Notes: generated from the letters alone by a model not told the origin. A stretch of DNA of 64,000 nucleotides from Neoconidiobolus thromboides FSU 785 (GCA_025603075.1 MU626370.1:6034-70033), one strand, 5' to 3'. Shown: positions 12,467-25,082, counted from the stretch's first letter. A program made the numbers and translations.

Positions 12467-13546
12467 TTAAAGATTAGCCGGATTCTTTTCTCTCATAACC
12501 CACTTAAAATACTCGTAAGCTGACCAACATAAAGCTGTGGATGGAGTATGAGATAACATCCTAGGTGCTAATCCCCTAAAGAATCCTTTAACCCCTTCTC
12601 TAGCATATATTAATTTTGCTCCTTGGAAAAGTCCATTTACGTTTTTAATTTCTAAGTCGTTTGATGTACCTCTAGTTTGTAATAAGGTTTTAACCACATC
12701 TAAAGGAGTGGTAGCACCAGCTGCTACTGCACCTGCAATACCACCAGAAACAACATGGGATAAAATCGAGTATTCTTTTTTAGGGTTCATAAAATCACTC
12801 ATAGCTTCATAAGTGGTGAATTGAATAGCTTGAAATGGTACAGTCATTGTAAGGGTGGTTGGATAAGAGATATAAAAGGCTCTAAGTCCTTCTTTCTTTA
12901 GCATATCTTTGGAGCACGCTATAATACTTTTATAGCTTGAACCATGGACTTGCATACGTTGTTTGATTACTAGATTGATTTTCAGACAAAATTGGTTTAA
13001 AATAATAATTAAATTTACCATCAAATGGGTTCATAAAAGCGTCTGAAACGATGGTAGCACAAGCGCCAGAAGCAGCTAATAAGTTTTATTTAATAATCAT
13101 TTAATATACATATATAAATCAACTTACCAATCCCTAAATGACTTTGTCCATTTTGATTAAAATATAATTTAGCTTGCTCATAGGTACCAAAATATAAAGC
13201 GTGTGCTGGGCCTGCACCTATTACTACTGAACTAACACCACGCCATAAAGTTAATGCTCCTTCAGTTGAAGTAATCTTGGTAAACGCTTGGGCAACACCA
13301 TTATATATGGCTTGTGGGTTGGGATTTAAAACTTGCATACGAGTCTAATGTAATTGAAGCTTAGATTTAAATTGTTCATTGGTTATTATTGTTTCTAAAT
13401 AACTTGTTTTAAAAATAAATAATTACCTTGATTGAGTCAAATGGATGCATAACTACATGCTCAGTTATACCTGCTAAAGCACCAGCTAATAATTGAGTTC
13501 CAAAGGTAGCGTTCTCTGGTAAACTTTCGTAATCTACTTCAGTCAT
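12467..13546 (-). CDS. MRS4: Mitochondrial carrier, mitoferrin (Mrs3/Mrs4-like iron importer), 4 exons
   Basis: [71 protein letters not shown]. Confidence 0.9.
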
Positions 13547-13620
13547 TTAATTTGGTTTCTCTATTTTAGTTTTGTAAAAAGTATAATCTCAAACTAATTG
13601 TAACTTTTACAATTTTTATA

Positions 13621-13901
13621 TTATCAGATTGATTAATAATTTAATTTGGTGTGAAAATCGACTTTTTAATCTGGGGTAGGTTGGGTTTAATTTTAAGCTT
13701 AACTTTAATTAGTTGTCTTTTCAGAATATCTAACATTGTTGAATTATCATTATACTTGGCTTCCAAATCGTTGCAATCTGATTGGTAACCTCGGATCGTT
13801 TTTCCAGCTTTATGGATGATTTTAAATTTCCATATGCTTTCTGTGCCAACTTGAGTCAGCTTTTATCTGATGCTTCAACTCAAGCTGGTTTGTTATCTGC
13901 T
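13621..13901 (-). promoter_or_regulatory. Iron-repressor-type GATA sites (ATCWGATAA) plus CCAAT upstream of mitoferrin
   Basis: Minus strand: ATCTGATAA (13621-13629), ATCAGATAA (13863-13871), near-match AGCAGATAA (13893-13901); CCAAT at ~13781-13785. Confidence 0.5.
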
Positions 13902-15847
13902 GACTACTTTATTTAAAAACGTTTATATGATAGATGAATGGATAGTATATATTATTATTATACACAAGATAAACAGTAAGTTTTATTAATGAAGATATAA
14001 TAAATTTCACTATTGGCAAACATGTGTGAAATCTGATTAATCGATATTTTTTCAAGAATAGAATTTAATAGATAACGTAAATTTTATTATATAAAATGAT
14101 GTTTAATATTTATTATATTATATTATAAAAAAACTGCTAATATGATAAACAACTTAAGGATATAATTTCAAATGCTAAATAAAATTAAAATGGTATAATA
14201 TTCTCATACATAATTCATTTTTGGGTCTTAAAGAAAAGTAGTTAATAAACAACATAGTAAATAATTTAGAATCTAGTTAATAAAAGAATTAATATATGTC
14301 TCTCTGTAGAATTTCCAATACATGACAAATAATAAATAGTTTAATAGTGAATGTAACCTGTAAAATATTTTCATTTTTACTAAAACAATTATATTTCTGA
14401 TGTAAAGGACTCTCCAATTGAATTAAATTTGATTACTTTTTTCAAAGTTTAATTCGCTTCTAAAAATTAAATTGAAACATTTCAAGGATATTTTTTAAAC
14501 AAAGAGGAATTTCTATAAAAATACTTATTAGATTTGAAAATGTATTTGTTCAATAAAAATAGCAACAAGTTTACTAATATAAATAGGAATATCAATTTTC
14601 TTTAATCAGCTTGTTTATTTTATACATAATTTAAAAATCGAAAAATTGTAAAATTAAGTGAAAACATGACTCTGTTTTATTTATTTTTTATGATATCCTT
14701 TAAAAAAATAAATTATAATATTAACTTTTTTGACAAACGATATATTGCTACTCACAACAAGCACATAATTGTACTATTATTTATGTCTTTTCACTTCGAT
14801 AGTTGTTTTAAATAGGTAAACAAGCTGTAAAATATACAGTCTTGTTTTTTTTCATTTTGATTTAGTGTGGATTATTTTTTATGCAAACTATTATATTAAA
14901 TTTTTTTAGCTTAATTACTTAATTAAGGTTAAAATAAAGCGATACTTGAACCTTAAAAAGCAGAAAGCTTAAAGTAACCATTTGAACTACTATTAAAATA
15001 ATTAAAGTAAACAGGGAAGTGGATTGATTATAGTGGCTTCAATTAAAACGCTAATTCACATTTGCATTTTATGTAGATAATATTATCTTGATAGCAAAAA
15101 GATGTCAGGTTTACTTATACAGGTTTAATTTATACAATAAATTGCAAAAAAATACAAAATAGCTATTTGTTTAAATTGGATTTTTAAATATATTGATAGT
15201 TACTATACGTAATGGAAGTTGAGAATTTACCCTTAATTTGGAAAGAACAGTTCACTTAATGAATTGTTACCTTTAAATATAGAAGGTCACGAAATGGGCA
15301 AAAATGAATCGCTCTCTGAGCTAAAAATCAACGCATAAATTTGTTTAGTTTTACTAAAAAAAGTTTTAAAAGTTTTAAAACAAGAATTAATTTAATAGCT
15401 TTACTGGGGATAGAAAATAAAACAATGAATTATACTCAATTTAGGCTTCCTCAATTATTGGTAACAAAAGTTATTGAAGATTGATTGGCTACCATTAAAG
15501 TTTTCGGAACATCCAAGTTCTATAACTTTTGTTATTTCATGTATTTAATTATGAACTAAGATTGATAATTAATAATTCCTTTCACTCATTTTTCTCTTAT
15601 TTTTTTTCAAATTTAAGTACTATTATACCGTTCGGTTTTAATTTTATTTGGTTTTTTTACTACCTTTAATTAATATTTAACTTTTGTAATTTAATAAATA
15701 ATATCAAGACTCCTCGAATTTGAAACTATATCAACTATGTAAGTTCAGCTTTAGTTTGAGGTTCATTTCTTTGATACTCTATACTTGTTTTTGAAATATT
15801 TATTAACTTATTTATTATAGATAAATCCACTATCTTTTGAAAGCAAA

Positions 15848-18583
15848 ATGTTTCAAGAAGAGATAAAATACGAAAAAATAAAGAAGAGTGTTCTTCTAGG
15901 AAAGGGTAGTTTTGGCAAAGTATACAAGTGTAATTATGAAGGTTTTACATGTGCATTAAAGACTTTAGTTGCAACGGATAGGTTGAGGGAACAACAGAGA
16001 AAAAAATATGCAGATAGTTTACGTTTAGAAGCTAAAACATTAGCTAAGCTTGGTCGTTGTGAAAACATTGTTCAATATATTGGTACTTGTATTGATCCAA
16101 AACAACGTCTCTGTGTGCTTATGGAGTTTGTCAATGGTAAAAATTTGGCCAAGTTTATTGAAGATGAGCTACCCTTCCACCCATGGTCGCTTCGTGACAA
16201 CATTACTTTAGATATTGCTAAGGGGGTTGCTTATATCCATAGTAAAAATATCATCCACCGAGACCTTAAAGCCGAAAATATTCTCATAGATAACGAAGAC
16301 CATTTTAAAGCTAAAATCGCTGATTTTGGTGTAGCAAAAGTTTCTGAAGAAGTTCGTGGTACTATTGAAACGTTCTCTGGAGCTGGTACTCCTCCATGGA
16401 TGGCTCCAGAATTGTTTTTAAATAGTAAAGCGCTTCCTAGTAAAAAAACAGATATGTATTCTTTTGGTATGATTATGTGGGAAATGGCAAGTGGTAAAAG
16501 GCCATATGAAGATAAAACAAAGGGTGAGCTCCGTCATATGAAAGAAAAAGGTATTATAGAACCTGTTCCTCCTACTGTTCCTCCTACCTACGAACGTCTT
16601 TTACGCAGATGTATGGATCTTGATCCCGAAAACCGCCCTGATTCAACTGAGATTGCTGACTTTCTTAAGCGGGGCCGTCTTAATAAGGATAACTATGAAA
16701 CCAATATCTGTATTCAAGATGATGATGATTTAGCCACATTATTATTAGTTGATGTCGAACGTGCAAATCAAATTAAAAGGCCAGAACGTCCAGTTGATTT
16801 TGACAATAGTAACTTGATGGAGGATAGTGATAGTGATGAAGATAATGAAGATTATCATGGATCCAAATTGGAAAATCTTATTTCATCATTTACTCAAGGA
16901 AATGAGGAAGTTCGTGATAGGCTTATTGAAGAATATGATGTCAATCCTGATGATCCAACCTCTTTAGAATTATCTTTAGGTAACGTACATTATAATGGAC
17001 ACCGTGTTCCAGTAAATTATGATGTAGCAGTCAAACATTATGAAAAAGCTTTAGAACTTGGAAGCAATGAAGCAGTTTTGAAATTAGGCATATGCTACAA
17101 GACTGGTAATGGTAAACCCCTTGACCTTGAAAAAGCTTTTGGACTTTTCCAAAAGGCAGATAAGAATCAAGTTGCAGGTGTTAAAAGTCATATTGGTGAA
17201 TGCTATTTCCATGGTCGTGGGGTTGATTCAAATATAGATGAAGCCATTAAAGCTTTCCGTGATGGTGCATCTGAGAATGATGCAGTTTGCCATTTTTATT
17301 TAGGTAGATGTTATTATTCTGGTTTGGGCTTACCAAAAGATTTCCAAAAAGCTGTTAAACATTTTGCTTCTGCTGCTCGTCAAGGTCATGCTGAAGCCCA
17401 GCTTAACATTGGTATCGTTCATAAGATGGGTATCACTAAGCCACCAGATGATGTTGAAGCCTTCCGTTGGTTCCTTAAATCTGCCGAGCAAGGTAATGCT
17501 ACAGCACAAAACAACGTTGGATCATGCTATTATTTTGGTGTTGGCATAAATCAAAACCTTTCTTCTGCTGTTAAATGGTTTAAAGCTTCTGCCAATCAAG
17601 GAAATACAGGTGGCATGCATAATATTGCAGACTGTTATTTGAATGGCAAAGGTGTTGAAAAAGATGAGAAGGCTGCCTTTGATTGGTTCCTTAAAGCTGC
17701 TACCCTAGGTCATGGTTTAGCTCAAAGTACGCTTGCAAATATTTATTTATCTGGAAATGTTGTTTCCCGTGATGTAGATAAGGCATTTGAGTGGTTTAAA
17801 GCTTCAGCTGAAACTGGTAATGTACAAGGACAATATGGTTTAGGTGTTTGTTATAGAGATGGACTTGGAACTATTAAAAATTATGAGTTAGCCATGAGGT
17901 CTTTAGAAACCGCTGCTGATCAAGGTTCGCCACAAGCCCAAATCGCATTAGCGCTCCTTCATTTGGATCGTAATAATATAAGCCCTAGTAGAGATGAGCA
18001 TCAAGCTTTCCGTTGGTTCCACACTGCAGCAGAAACTAATGACTCAAATGCTCAATTCCATCTTGGACGTTGTTATGTTATGGGTATCGGTATAGATAAA
18101 GATGAGCGTAAAGGGTTCCAATGTCTTCTAAAATCAGCGAATCAAGGTCATGTTGAAGCACAAAATACACTTGGTTCATGTTATTACCAAGGTCTTGGTA
18201 CCCCAACTGATTATAATGAAGCAGTATCGTGGTTCATGAAAGCTTCCCAATCCGGACATGCACTTGCTGAATTTAATTTGGCAGAATGTTATCTTAAAGG
18301 TAGAGGAGTTGAACAATCCACAGCTTTAGCTGTGGACTGGTACCGTAAATCTGCAGAGCATAATCACCCCAATGCACAATTTGTTTTAGGATCGATGTAC
18401 GATAAAGGACAAGGAGTTCCAGTTGATATTGAGGCAGCTTTAAGGTACTATAGATTAGCCGCGCATAAAATTCCACAAGCACAAAGGCGTATTGATATGA
18501 TTACCGCACGTATAACAAAACCTCTACCAGAACCAGTTGCCCCACCTCAACAACGTGAAGGAGAGTGCTGTCTAATCCTCTAA
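15848..18583 (+). CDS. TKL-type protein kinase + 14 SEL1-like repeats + C-terminal CCLIL, paralogue 2
   Basis: GKGSFGKV, ALK, HRDLKAEN, DFG, WMAPE; 14 SEL1 repeats; ends ECCLIL*; coding region single exon (likely 5'UTR intron ~15739-15820). Confidence 0.93.
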   Translation: MFQEEIKYEKIKKSVLLGKGSFGKVYKCNYEGFTCALKTLVATDRLREQQRKKYADSLRLEAKTLAKLGRCENIVQYIGTCIDPKQRLCVLMEFVNGKNLAKFIEDELPFHPWSLRDNITLDIAKGVAYIHSKNIIHRDLKAENILIDNEDHFKAKIADFGVAKVSEEVRGTIETFSGAGTPPWMAPELFLNSKALPSKKTDMYSFGMIMWEMASGKRPYEDKTKGELRHMKEKGIIEPVPPTVPPTYERLLRRCMDLDPENRPDSTEIADFLKRGRLNKDNYETNICIQDDDDLATLLLVDVERANQIKRPERPVDFDNSNLMEDSDSDEDNEDYHGSKLENLISSFTQGNEEVRDRLIEEYDVNPDDPTSLELSLGNVHYNGHRVPVNYDVAVKHYEKALELGSNEAVLKLGICYKTGNGKPLDLEKAFGLFQKADKNQVAGVKSHIGECYFHGRGVDSNIDEAIKAFRDGASENDAVCHFYLGRCYYSGLGLPKDFQKAVKHFASAARQGHAEAQLNIGIVHKMGITKPPDDVEAFRWFLKSAEQGNATAQNNVGSCYYFGVGINQNLSSAVKWFKASANQGNTGGMHNIADCYLNGKGVEKDEKAAFDWFLKAATLGHGLAQSTLANIYLSGNVVSRDVDKAFEWFKASAETGNVQGQYGLGVCYRDGLGTIKNYELAMRSLETAADQGSPQAQIALALLHLDRNNISPSRDEHQAFRWFHTAAETNDSNAQFHLGRCYVMGIGIDKDERKGFQCLLKSANQGHVEAQNTLGSCYYQGLGTPTDYNEAVSWFMKASQSGHALAEFNLAECYLKGRGVEQSTALAVDWYRKSAEHNHPNAQFVLGSMYDKGQGVPVDIEAALRYYRLAAHKIPQAQRRIDMITARITKPLPEPVAPPQQREGECCLIL

Positions 18584-19149
18584 AGTGTAGAGGATAGAGA
18601 CAGATTCAACTAATCCAATTTTTAAAACCGTATATACAAATAGTCATAATAATTTTTGCAAGTTTTGGGCTGATGAATACATTACTTTAATTTAGCTCTT
18701 TAACTTATTTCAACTTTCATTAAAATAAATTGAATAATTTACACATTTTGTTATTTAAATAAAATAAATATATTAATGATAGATAAAACTAATTTAATAA
18801 AAACCGAATGTGCTAATAATATTTTGAAAATGTATAGGTACTTTATATATATTAGAACTAAATCAAATTAAATTAAGCTATTGATGAAGAATATCATATT
18901 ACTTAAACTAAATTATTATTATACTCAACCTTGATTAAAAAATGTAATTATAGAATAAGTTCATAATAATCATTTTTATAAAAGTTTATAATCTAACAAG
19001 ATTTAATATTCATACTGACTAATTATAGATATCAATATTTAATAAAACCTATTACTTGATGATACAGAATCTTAGCAAAAATAGCTCTGACTGATAAAAT
19101 ATACTTTAATGGTCAGATTAACCTATTAGAGCTTAAATAAAATCCATAT

Positions 19150-19247
19150 GAGGATATATTTTTGTGTTTAAGAATTTTACTAATAATTTTTCCATTCAAT
19201 AGCGCTTAAGAGATGGAAAAAGTAATGAAGCCGAAAAAAACACTCCC
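19150..19247. mobile_element. MITE copy, TSD ATAT
   Basis: ATAT|GAGGATATATTTTT...AAAAAAACACTCCC|ATAT. Confidence 0.9.
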
Positions 19248-19697
19248 ATATGCTTACTATTTTTCTTAGTAAATAGCAATACAATCAAAAAAACTATGTT
19301 AAAACTAACTGCATTTGTATAAAAAATGACTTGTTTGTAGTTCAATAAGCTTAATAGAGTTTATTTAATATTAAAGCATTTTGTGAAACCTTCCATTCCC
19401 CCTCCCCATTACAATTATTTTTACTTTGTAATGACCAAATTACTAACTATCCTATTTACAAATCAAACATTCCATTTATTTATGTCTCCTATCTTAAACT
19501 TATCAATTGAATCTTCCTTTAAACAAATATTGCTGTCAAAGCTTAAAAATTAGTAAAATAATAAAATAAAACTAAGTTAAATATCTTTAATAAGAGCAAG
19601 ATATTGACTCCCAAATGATATAGTTACTTTAATACCTTGGTATGCCGTGAGAGTCGTTTACGCTAATAAACGAACAAACAAACGTCAATAAAAACGC

Positions 19698-20457
19698 TTA
19701 GTAAAGACGTTGTGGAGCACCCATAGTGGATTTGATGAAAAGAGATTTAACGTTTTGCCAGTTCTTCTTAAGAAGGGAGACTAAGAAGTTAACAGACATC
19801 ATGATGTTGGTAACAATGTCATCTTGTTCCATATTAACGTGACCGACGGCAACGGCTAAGCAAAGAACTTTCTTTAATTGGAATTTGATGGTGGAACGAA
19901 GTTCATCAGCTTTATCACTCAAGTTATCGTTGTGAGATACTGGGGTTGGGAATTTACCAGCTTTATGGAGACCTGGGCCTAAAAGACGAGGAATTAATTT
20001 GATAAGAGCTTCACTGGCTAAGAAAGCATCGTATTTCTTAGCAAGTTTCTTGATGAGTTTCTTGTTCTTGTTGAGTTTCTTAAGATCATCAACGGACATG
20101 GTTTCTAAACCAACTTCTTTAGCTTGTTCACAATGGAAAGCATCACCTAAAACACAGACGCTCATCTTTGGACGAGGAATGTTAGGGAGCTTTAAGGTAC
20201 CACTGAAACGCTTATCACGTTGAGGATCGTAATTCTTTAAACCGATTTGGAGTTCAATAGTTTCAGTAAAGTTACGTTTCTTTTCTTGAGAACCTTCAAG
20301 AATTTTAGATACGGCTTCTCTCACGGCTGCGACGGATACTTTGCTATAAATTAATTAATTAATATCATCCTTAAGTCATTTGGTATTCGATATTATTTCA
20401 GTTTGGTTGGCCTTTATTTTATCTTCTTTGTTTAATTAGATGGATGTATTACCTCAT
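19698..20457 (-). CDS. RPL1: 60S ribosomal protein uL1 (L10a)
   Basis: 5-nt first exon ATGAG (20453-20457), intron 20344-20452, then [46 protein letters not shown]. Confidence 0.97.
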
Positions 20458-21139
20458 CTTTTAAATATAGATTAAGTCAAGAGGGACAGATTAGCTTTCA
20501 ACTTTAGAGTACTTTAGGAAAGGCAGGAATCTACCTAGATGATGCCATTGATTGGCTGAAAAATCATTGTTCTATTGGTCAATATACTACTATAATGAAA
20601 TAATACTCAAATGTGTGTAGATTTTCTTTTTTTAACTATTTTAAAAAAATCAAAATGTTAAGAAATCATTAAAATGGAATATTGAAAGTTACTCAAATAC
20701 AAAGAAATCAATAATCAATATGACATTTTGGAAAAAATCAAGACCAAAGCCATAAAATCAAAAGTATAATTATGGCAATATAAACACTGCTTAAAAATTG
20801 TTATGACTATTCAATGAATTAATCTTTAAGCTTAAATAGTAATACTAAGACTTATATGTCATAACAACTCATCAATAAGCAATAAATTTAACATGATTTA
20901 CTTTTTAAATTGTACTTAAAAAATTAATTTTAGTTAATTTTTCTTGTTATTAGCACCAGTGCATTTAACTTATAAATTTAGATTTCGTAAAATATATTTT
21001 AATTTCAAGCCATAAAAACTTTGGATCCAAAGAGTTAGGTCAATCGACTTAGATGAAAGAGATTAAAGAGTATATAAAAGCTACAATAATGTAATACTAA
21101 ACAGATTTATTTTTCTAATAAAAAACATTACTATATACT

Positions 21140-21538
21140 ATGAGCGATTTACTATTGACCTGTTTGACAGCTACTATTTCTTTGTTTGCCATCATCTATA
21201 CTCTATTGCTAGATGCAACCTTCATAGAGTTGAAGTACTTTACATTTATAAAAAATATGAAGGTGTATATATCTTTGGTAACGTTGATATTTGGGTTGAT
21301 TTATGCGGAAAAAGAAAATATATTAAAAAAGCAAAACAACTTATTAGTTTATATGTTGTTAAACGATAACTTGATTCAATTTTACAGTTTTCTTTTATTT
21401 AGTGAAATATGGCTTTTGTTCTCAATCGAATCAATAACGTTTTATTTTTTAACTAGTAATTACTTTTTTATACTATATTTCATTCTTTCTACTTCTGTTT
21501 GTACTATTTCGCTGATTGCTGCGTTGACTAAGCCTTAA
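21140..21538 (+). CDS. Small multi-TM protein, unknown family, paralogue A
   Basis: 132 aa, ~4 hydrophobic segments; shares GLIYxEKExIxK, LLNDNLI and LSTS with the convergent neighbour. Confidence 0.7.
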   Translation: MSDLLLTCLTATISLFAIIYTLLLDATFIELKYFTFIKNMKVYISLVTLIFGLIYAEKENILKKQNNLLVYMLLNDNLIQFYSFLLFSEIWLLFSIESITFYFLTSNYFFILYFILSTSVCTISLIAALTKP

Positions 21539-21701
21539 CTACCTACTAACAAACAGTTATCTTAAAATCTATAGATTGTATATATGGCTCTTATACGGCC
21601 CATAATAAGCTTTTCACAGATTATTTTTTTATATCCCAAAAGCTGAAAAAGAATAAATACAGATTAATATATTTAGATTTTAGAATTACAATTTTGTTTT
21701 A

Positions 21702-22130
21702 TTAAATATTAGTAAATAAGGCTTTAAAACAGCAAGATAAAGAGAGTACAGTGGAAGTAGATAGATTCAGTAGAATCAGATAAAAACCTTGATCAAAATT
21801 AAACGTATAGGCTAAAGCAGCTTCTAATGCCAAAATAAACCATAATTGAGCTAACAAGAAGTAATAATATCGAGTTATTAAATTATCATTTAACAATCTA
21901 CTTAAAAACAGATGCTCGAGTCTTTTAACTATATATTCTTTTTCAATATATATCAAACCGCTTATTATCGTTAGTATTCCAATCCATTGCTTTAATTTAT
22001 CAAAGCCTAATAGCGAACTTAAACTAAAATTATGATCTGAATTTTCAAGTAAGAAATCTAAGTTTAAGCTGTAAAGAATGCTTAAAATAGTGATCGTGCA
22101 AGTAATACCACTTTGTATTATTGGATTCAT
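21702..22130 (-). CDS. Small multi-TM protein, unknown family, paralogue B
   Basis: 142 aa; colinear similarity to 21140-21538. Confidence 0.7.
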   Translation of the reverse strand: MNPIIQSGITCTITILSILYSLNLDFLLENSDHNFSLSSLLGFDKLKQWIGILTIISGLIYIEKEYIVKRLEHLFLSRLLNDNLITRYYYFLLAQLWFILALEAALAYTFNFDQGFYLILLNLSTSTVLSLSCCFKALFTNI

Positions 22131-22585
22131 TTTAATTTATATTATTTTACTTTGGGATATTTTGTTTGTTTATATATTTTTTTTGTTCTTATGGTCTTTA
22201 GAATTAATTAGGTTATCTTATGAGCTTAATTGAATTTACATTAGAATGAATGAGTTCCACCCCCCTAAATTCTCTCAAACTATGCTACTTAATGCATATT
22301 AAATCCTGCATTATTTGAATTATATTATTTGTTATCTTAGCATTTTGACAATGTTAATATTTAGGTGTCAACAAAGTTTTGATAATATGATAGTTAAATA
22401 TTATATACTATCATAGTTATATACTTAGTATGTATTTTAATTTTTGAATAGAGCAGGTTAAACTTTAAGCTAGTAAAATTACACCCCATTTATTATGGTT
22501 CTAGAATATAAAATGACTGTTTTGACACCTTTTAGTCTAATATAGAATTTTTACAAACCAACTTTCCAGGTGTTACAGATTTATC

Positions 22586-22706
22586 GTGACTTAATTAACC
22601 TATAATTTAAGAATAAAACTTTGACGAACTATTAAAATACGACACTATGGAAGATTTTGATAATTCGTCAAAGTTTTATTCTTAAACCATAGATTAATTA
22701 AGTCAC
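22586..22706. repeat. Inverted repeat / hairpin with 53-bp arms and 15-nt loop
   Basis: 22586-22638 is the reverse complement of 22654-22706 with 5 transition mismatches; perfect 23-bp core 22606-22628/22664-22686. Confidence 0.92.
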
Positions 22707-23344
22707 AATAGAGTTATAATATGCGTAACCAACCTTAAAGAGATTGACAAATGTAGTTTAGGATTTTGCATTATTTTAAAGAAAATTCTAATTGTTGAAT
22801 TTCAAAGTATCTATTGTCTAGAACTTTGAAAGGCATAAGCATCAGCTGGTGTTTGTTTGATGTAAAAATGATAGAATCAAAATTTCATATTTTGAATCAG
22901 AAGTTATCGATATACCTCTAATATGGTTTTTTAGTCATTCCATATTAAATAAATTATTTTTAGAATATAGAAACAATTATTAATTACTACTAAACTGTTC
23001 ACTTTTTTGATTTTATATTAATATTCTTTTACCTTTAAAATCTTAAAAACTGATTGCTTATAAAATGCTATGACTATGAGTGAATTTATAAACTTAGTTG
23101 AAGTCAAAACGGTTGTGGTTTAGGCTTTACTTTCCATAATCTGTATAATAATCTCCTATTTGTTACTTTGTTCATTTATAACATAAAGTAAAGAAAAGCT
23201 ATCAATTGAATGTAAAGGAAAAAAATAAAAACAATTATTATCTGTGTACTATTTATGTTCAATTTGATTTTTACAAAACCAGTACTGGAAAAAATTGAGC
23301 CTTGGGTTTGAATTAATCCAGTATAAATTTTGAACTGTTAATAT

Positions 23345-23415
23345 AGGGAATATTTTTTAAGCGCTATTTGAGTAAAAATTCTTAGTAAAACTCTTAAACA
23401 CAAAAATACATCTCC
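23345..23415. mobile_element. Internally deleted MITE copy, TSD ATAT
   Basis: ATAT|AGGGAATATTTTTTAAGCGCTATTTGAG...AAAAATACATCTCC|ATAT. Confidence 0.8.
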
Positions 23416-24066
23416 ATATAGTAATGTCTTTTTTATTGCTTTTTATTTTAAATACAAATAAAAAAGTTCTAAAAAAGCAATTAAATGCTGAAACAAAAAG
23501 CTATTTATATTTATTTTAGTTTTAAATATATCAAAATCACAAGACAATTTTTTTTTAAAAAAAAATAATCAGAAATTTACTGTGTAAGTTACTATCATAA
23601 ATAATAACAATAATACAAATAGGAAGGTATATATTATTAATTTAATGTAAGATAAAATGAAAGAAATATAAGCATATGAAATTTAAATGTACGATTAGAA
23701 ATATCGAATTTTAGTTTTAAAAATTAATTGATTTAAAATTTCTATTATATAAGGATTATGAAAAGTTTTGAGAAAGTATTTACAACTTATAAGCAGGGTT
23801 TAAAAATTTATGAAAGTATAATAATAAATAGCAGTGTATAAAAACTATCATATGATAAATTTTCAAGTTTTGTTTTGTTTTGTTTTCATTGTGCTGTTAA
23901 AAGTAGAAGTTTTAGTATAGAAAATTGATTCTTCTCGACATAATCTCATATATGTCAAACTACTTCTAAGCATTAATACTGTTAAAAATACAATATAAAA
24001 TTTAATAAAAATCCACTACATAGTAATTTTTACTTATCGATATCTAGTGTACTAATTTCATAATAC

Positions 24067-24159
24067 GGGGATGTATTTCTGTGTTTAAGAATTTTGCTAA
24101 TAATTTTTCCGCTCAAATAGCGCTTAAGATGGAAAAAAGAAGCCAAAAAAAACACCCCC
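24067..24159. mobile_element. MITE copy
   Basis: ATAC|GGGGATGTATTT...AAAAAAACACCCCC|ATAT. Confidence 0.88.
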
Positions 24160-24993
24160 ATATTCTATTGTGTATAGAAAAAGCTATAAATTCGCTTGGA
24201 AAACTGATAAATGTTTTTTATCGACTATATTTAAGGCTTTTGGACAGTTGATGCTTTTTTAATAGATACAGCGTAGTTTATATCTAAATGAAGTTTAAGA
24301 AACATAAAAATTTGGATTATTAAATAATAGGGAGGGTTTAGATTCATAATGAAATATTCTATCTGAGACATCTGAAAAGCTTAAATTTATCAATTTTTAT
24401 TAAAAACATTAAAAAGTTATACATAATTTGGTATTCTATTAATCAATTTATAATTTGTCTAATAATATAATGAATTAAAAGTAGCAACATAAATCTACAA
24501 TGCAGCACTATTGTTCTGTATGTTTTGAAAATCAAGCGGCTTTGTATCAAGTGGACTTTGAGGGTAACCCATTGATTGTGATTTTAGATCAAAAGTTAAT
24601 CTTAATTGAAAAAAATTGGCTATTTATTAATATTTTGATATTTTTAAGTATTAGTAAAATTTAATTATAAAACTTTTCTTCATCCTTACATTTATTTTTA
24701 ACCTTGATCTTGTTAAAGCTTTAAAACAAACAGTTATTATCTTATATAAATGGTTTACAAATGGCTATTGTTATGATTTAACATGAAACTTTATTATATT
24801 AATAATTAAAGAGAGTCTTTTATATCAATGTTTAAATAGAACAACAATGGCCGAAGGAGCCTTTTTGAACTTGAAAGTCGAAACCTTAGCCTCTGAGTAA
24901 AAAAACAAATCATATTGATTTTAATATTATCAGTTTTATAGTATTATTAAACTTAGTTTTAACTGATTTTGCTAATAGGTTTTAAAAATAGGT

Positions 24994-25082
24994 GGGGAGT
25001 GTTTTTGGTTTTATCACTTTCCATTTTTAGGTGCTATTTGAGTGGAAAAACTATTAGTAAAATTCTTAAAAAATACATTCCC
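24994..25082. mobile_element. MITE copy
   Basis: AGGT|GGGGAGTGTTTTT...AAAAATACATTCCC|AGAT. Confidence 0.85.

Noticed and set aside
13650-13860. ~70-codon open frame on the minus strand upstream of mitoferrin
   Set aside because: No early ATG, overlaps promoter motifs, no recognisable similarity.
22800-22831. Small hairpins (also 41290-41312 and the 13-bp IR at 48952-49018)
   Set aside because: Short stems are expected by chance in AT-rich DNA.
24849-24985. Possible spliced 33-aa microORF MAEGAFLNLKVETLAS..
   Set aside because: Depends on one assumed intron; no family signal or other support.
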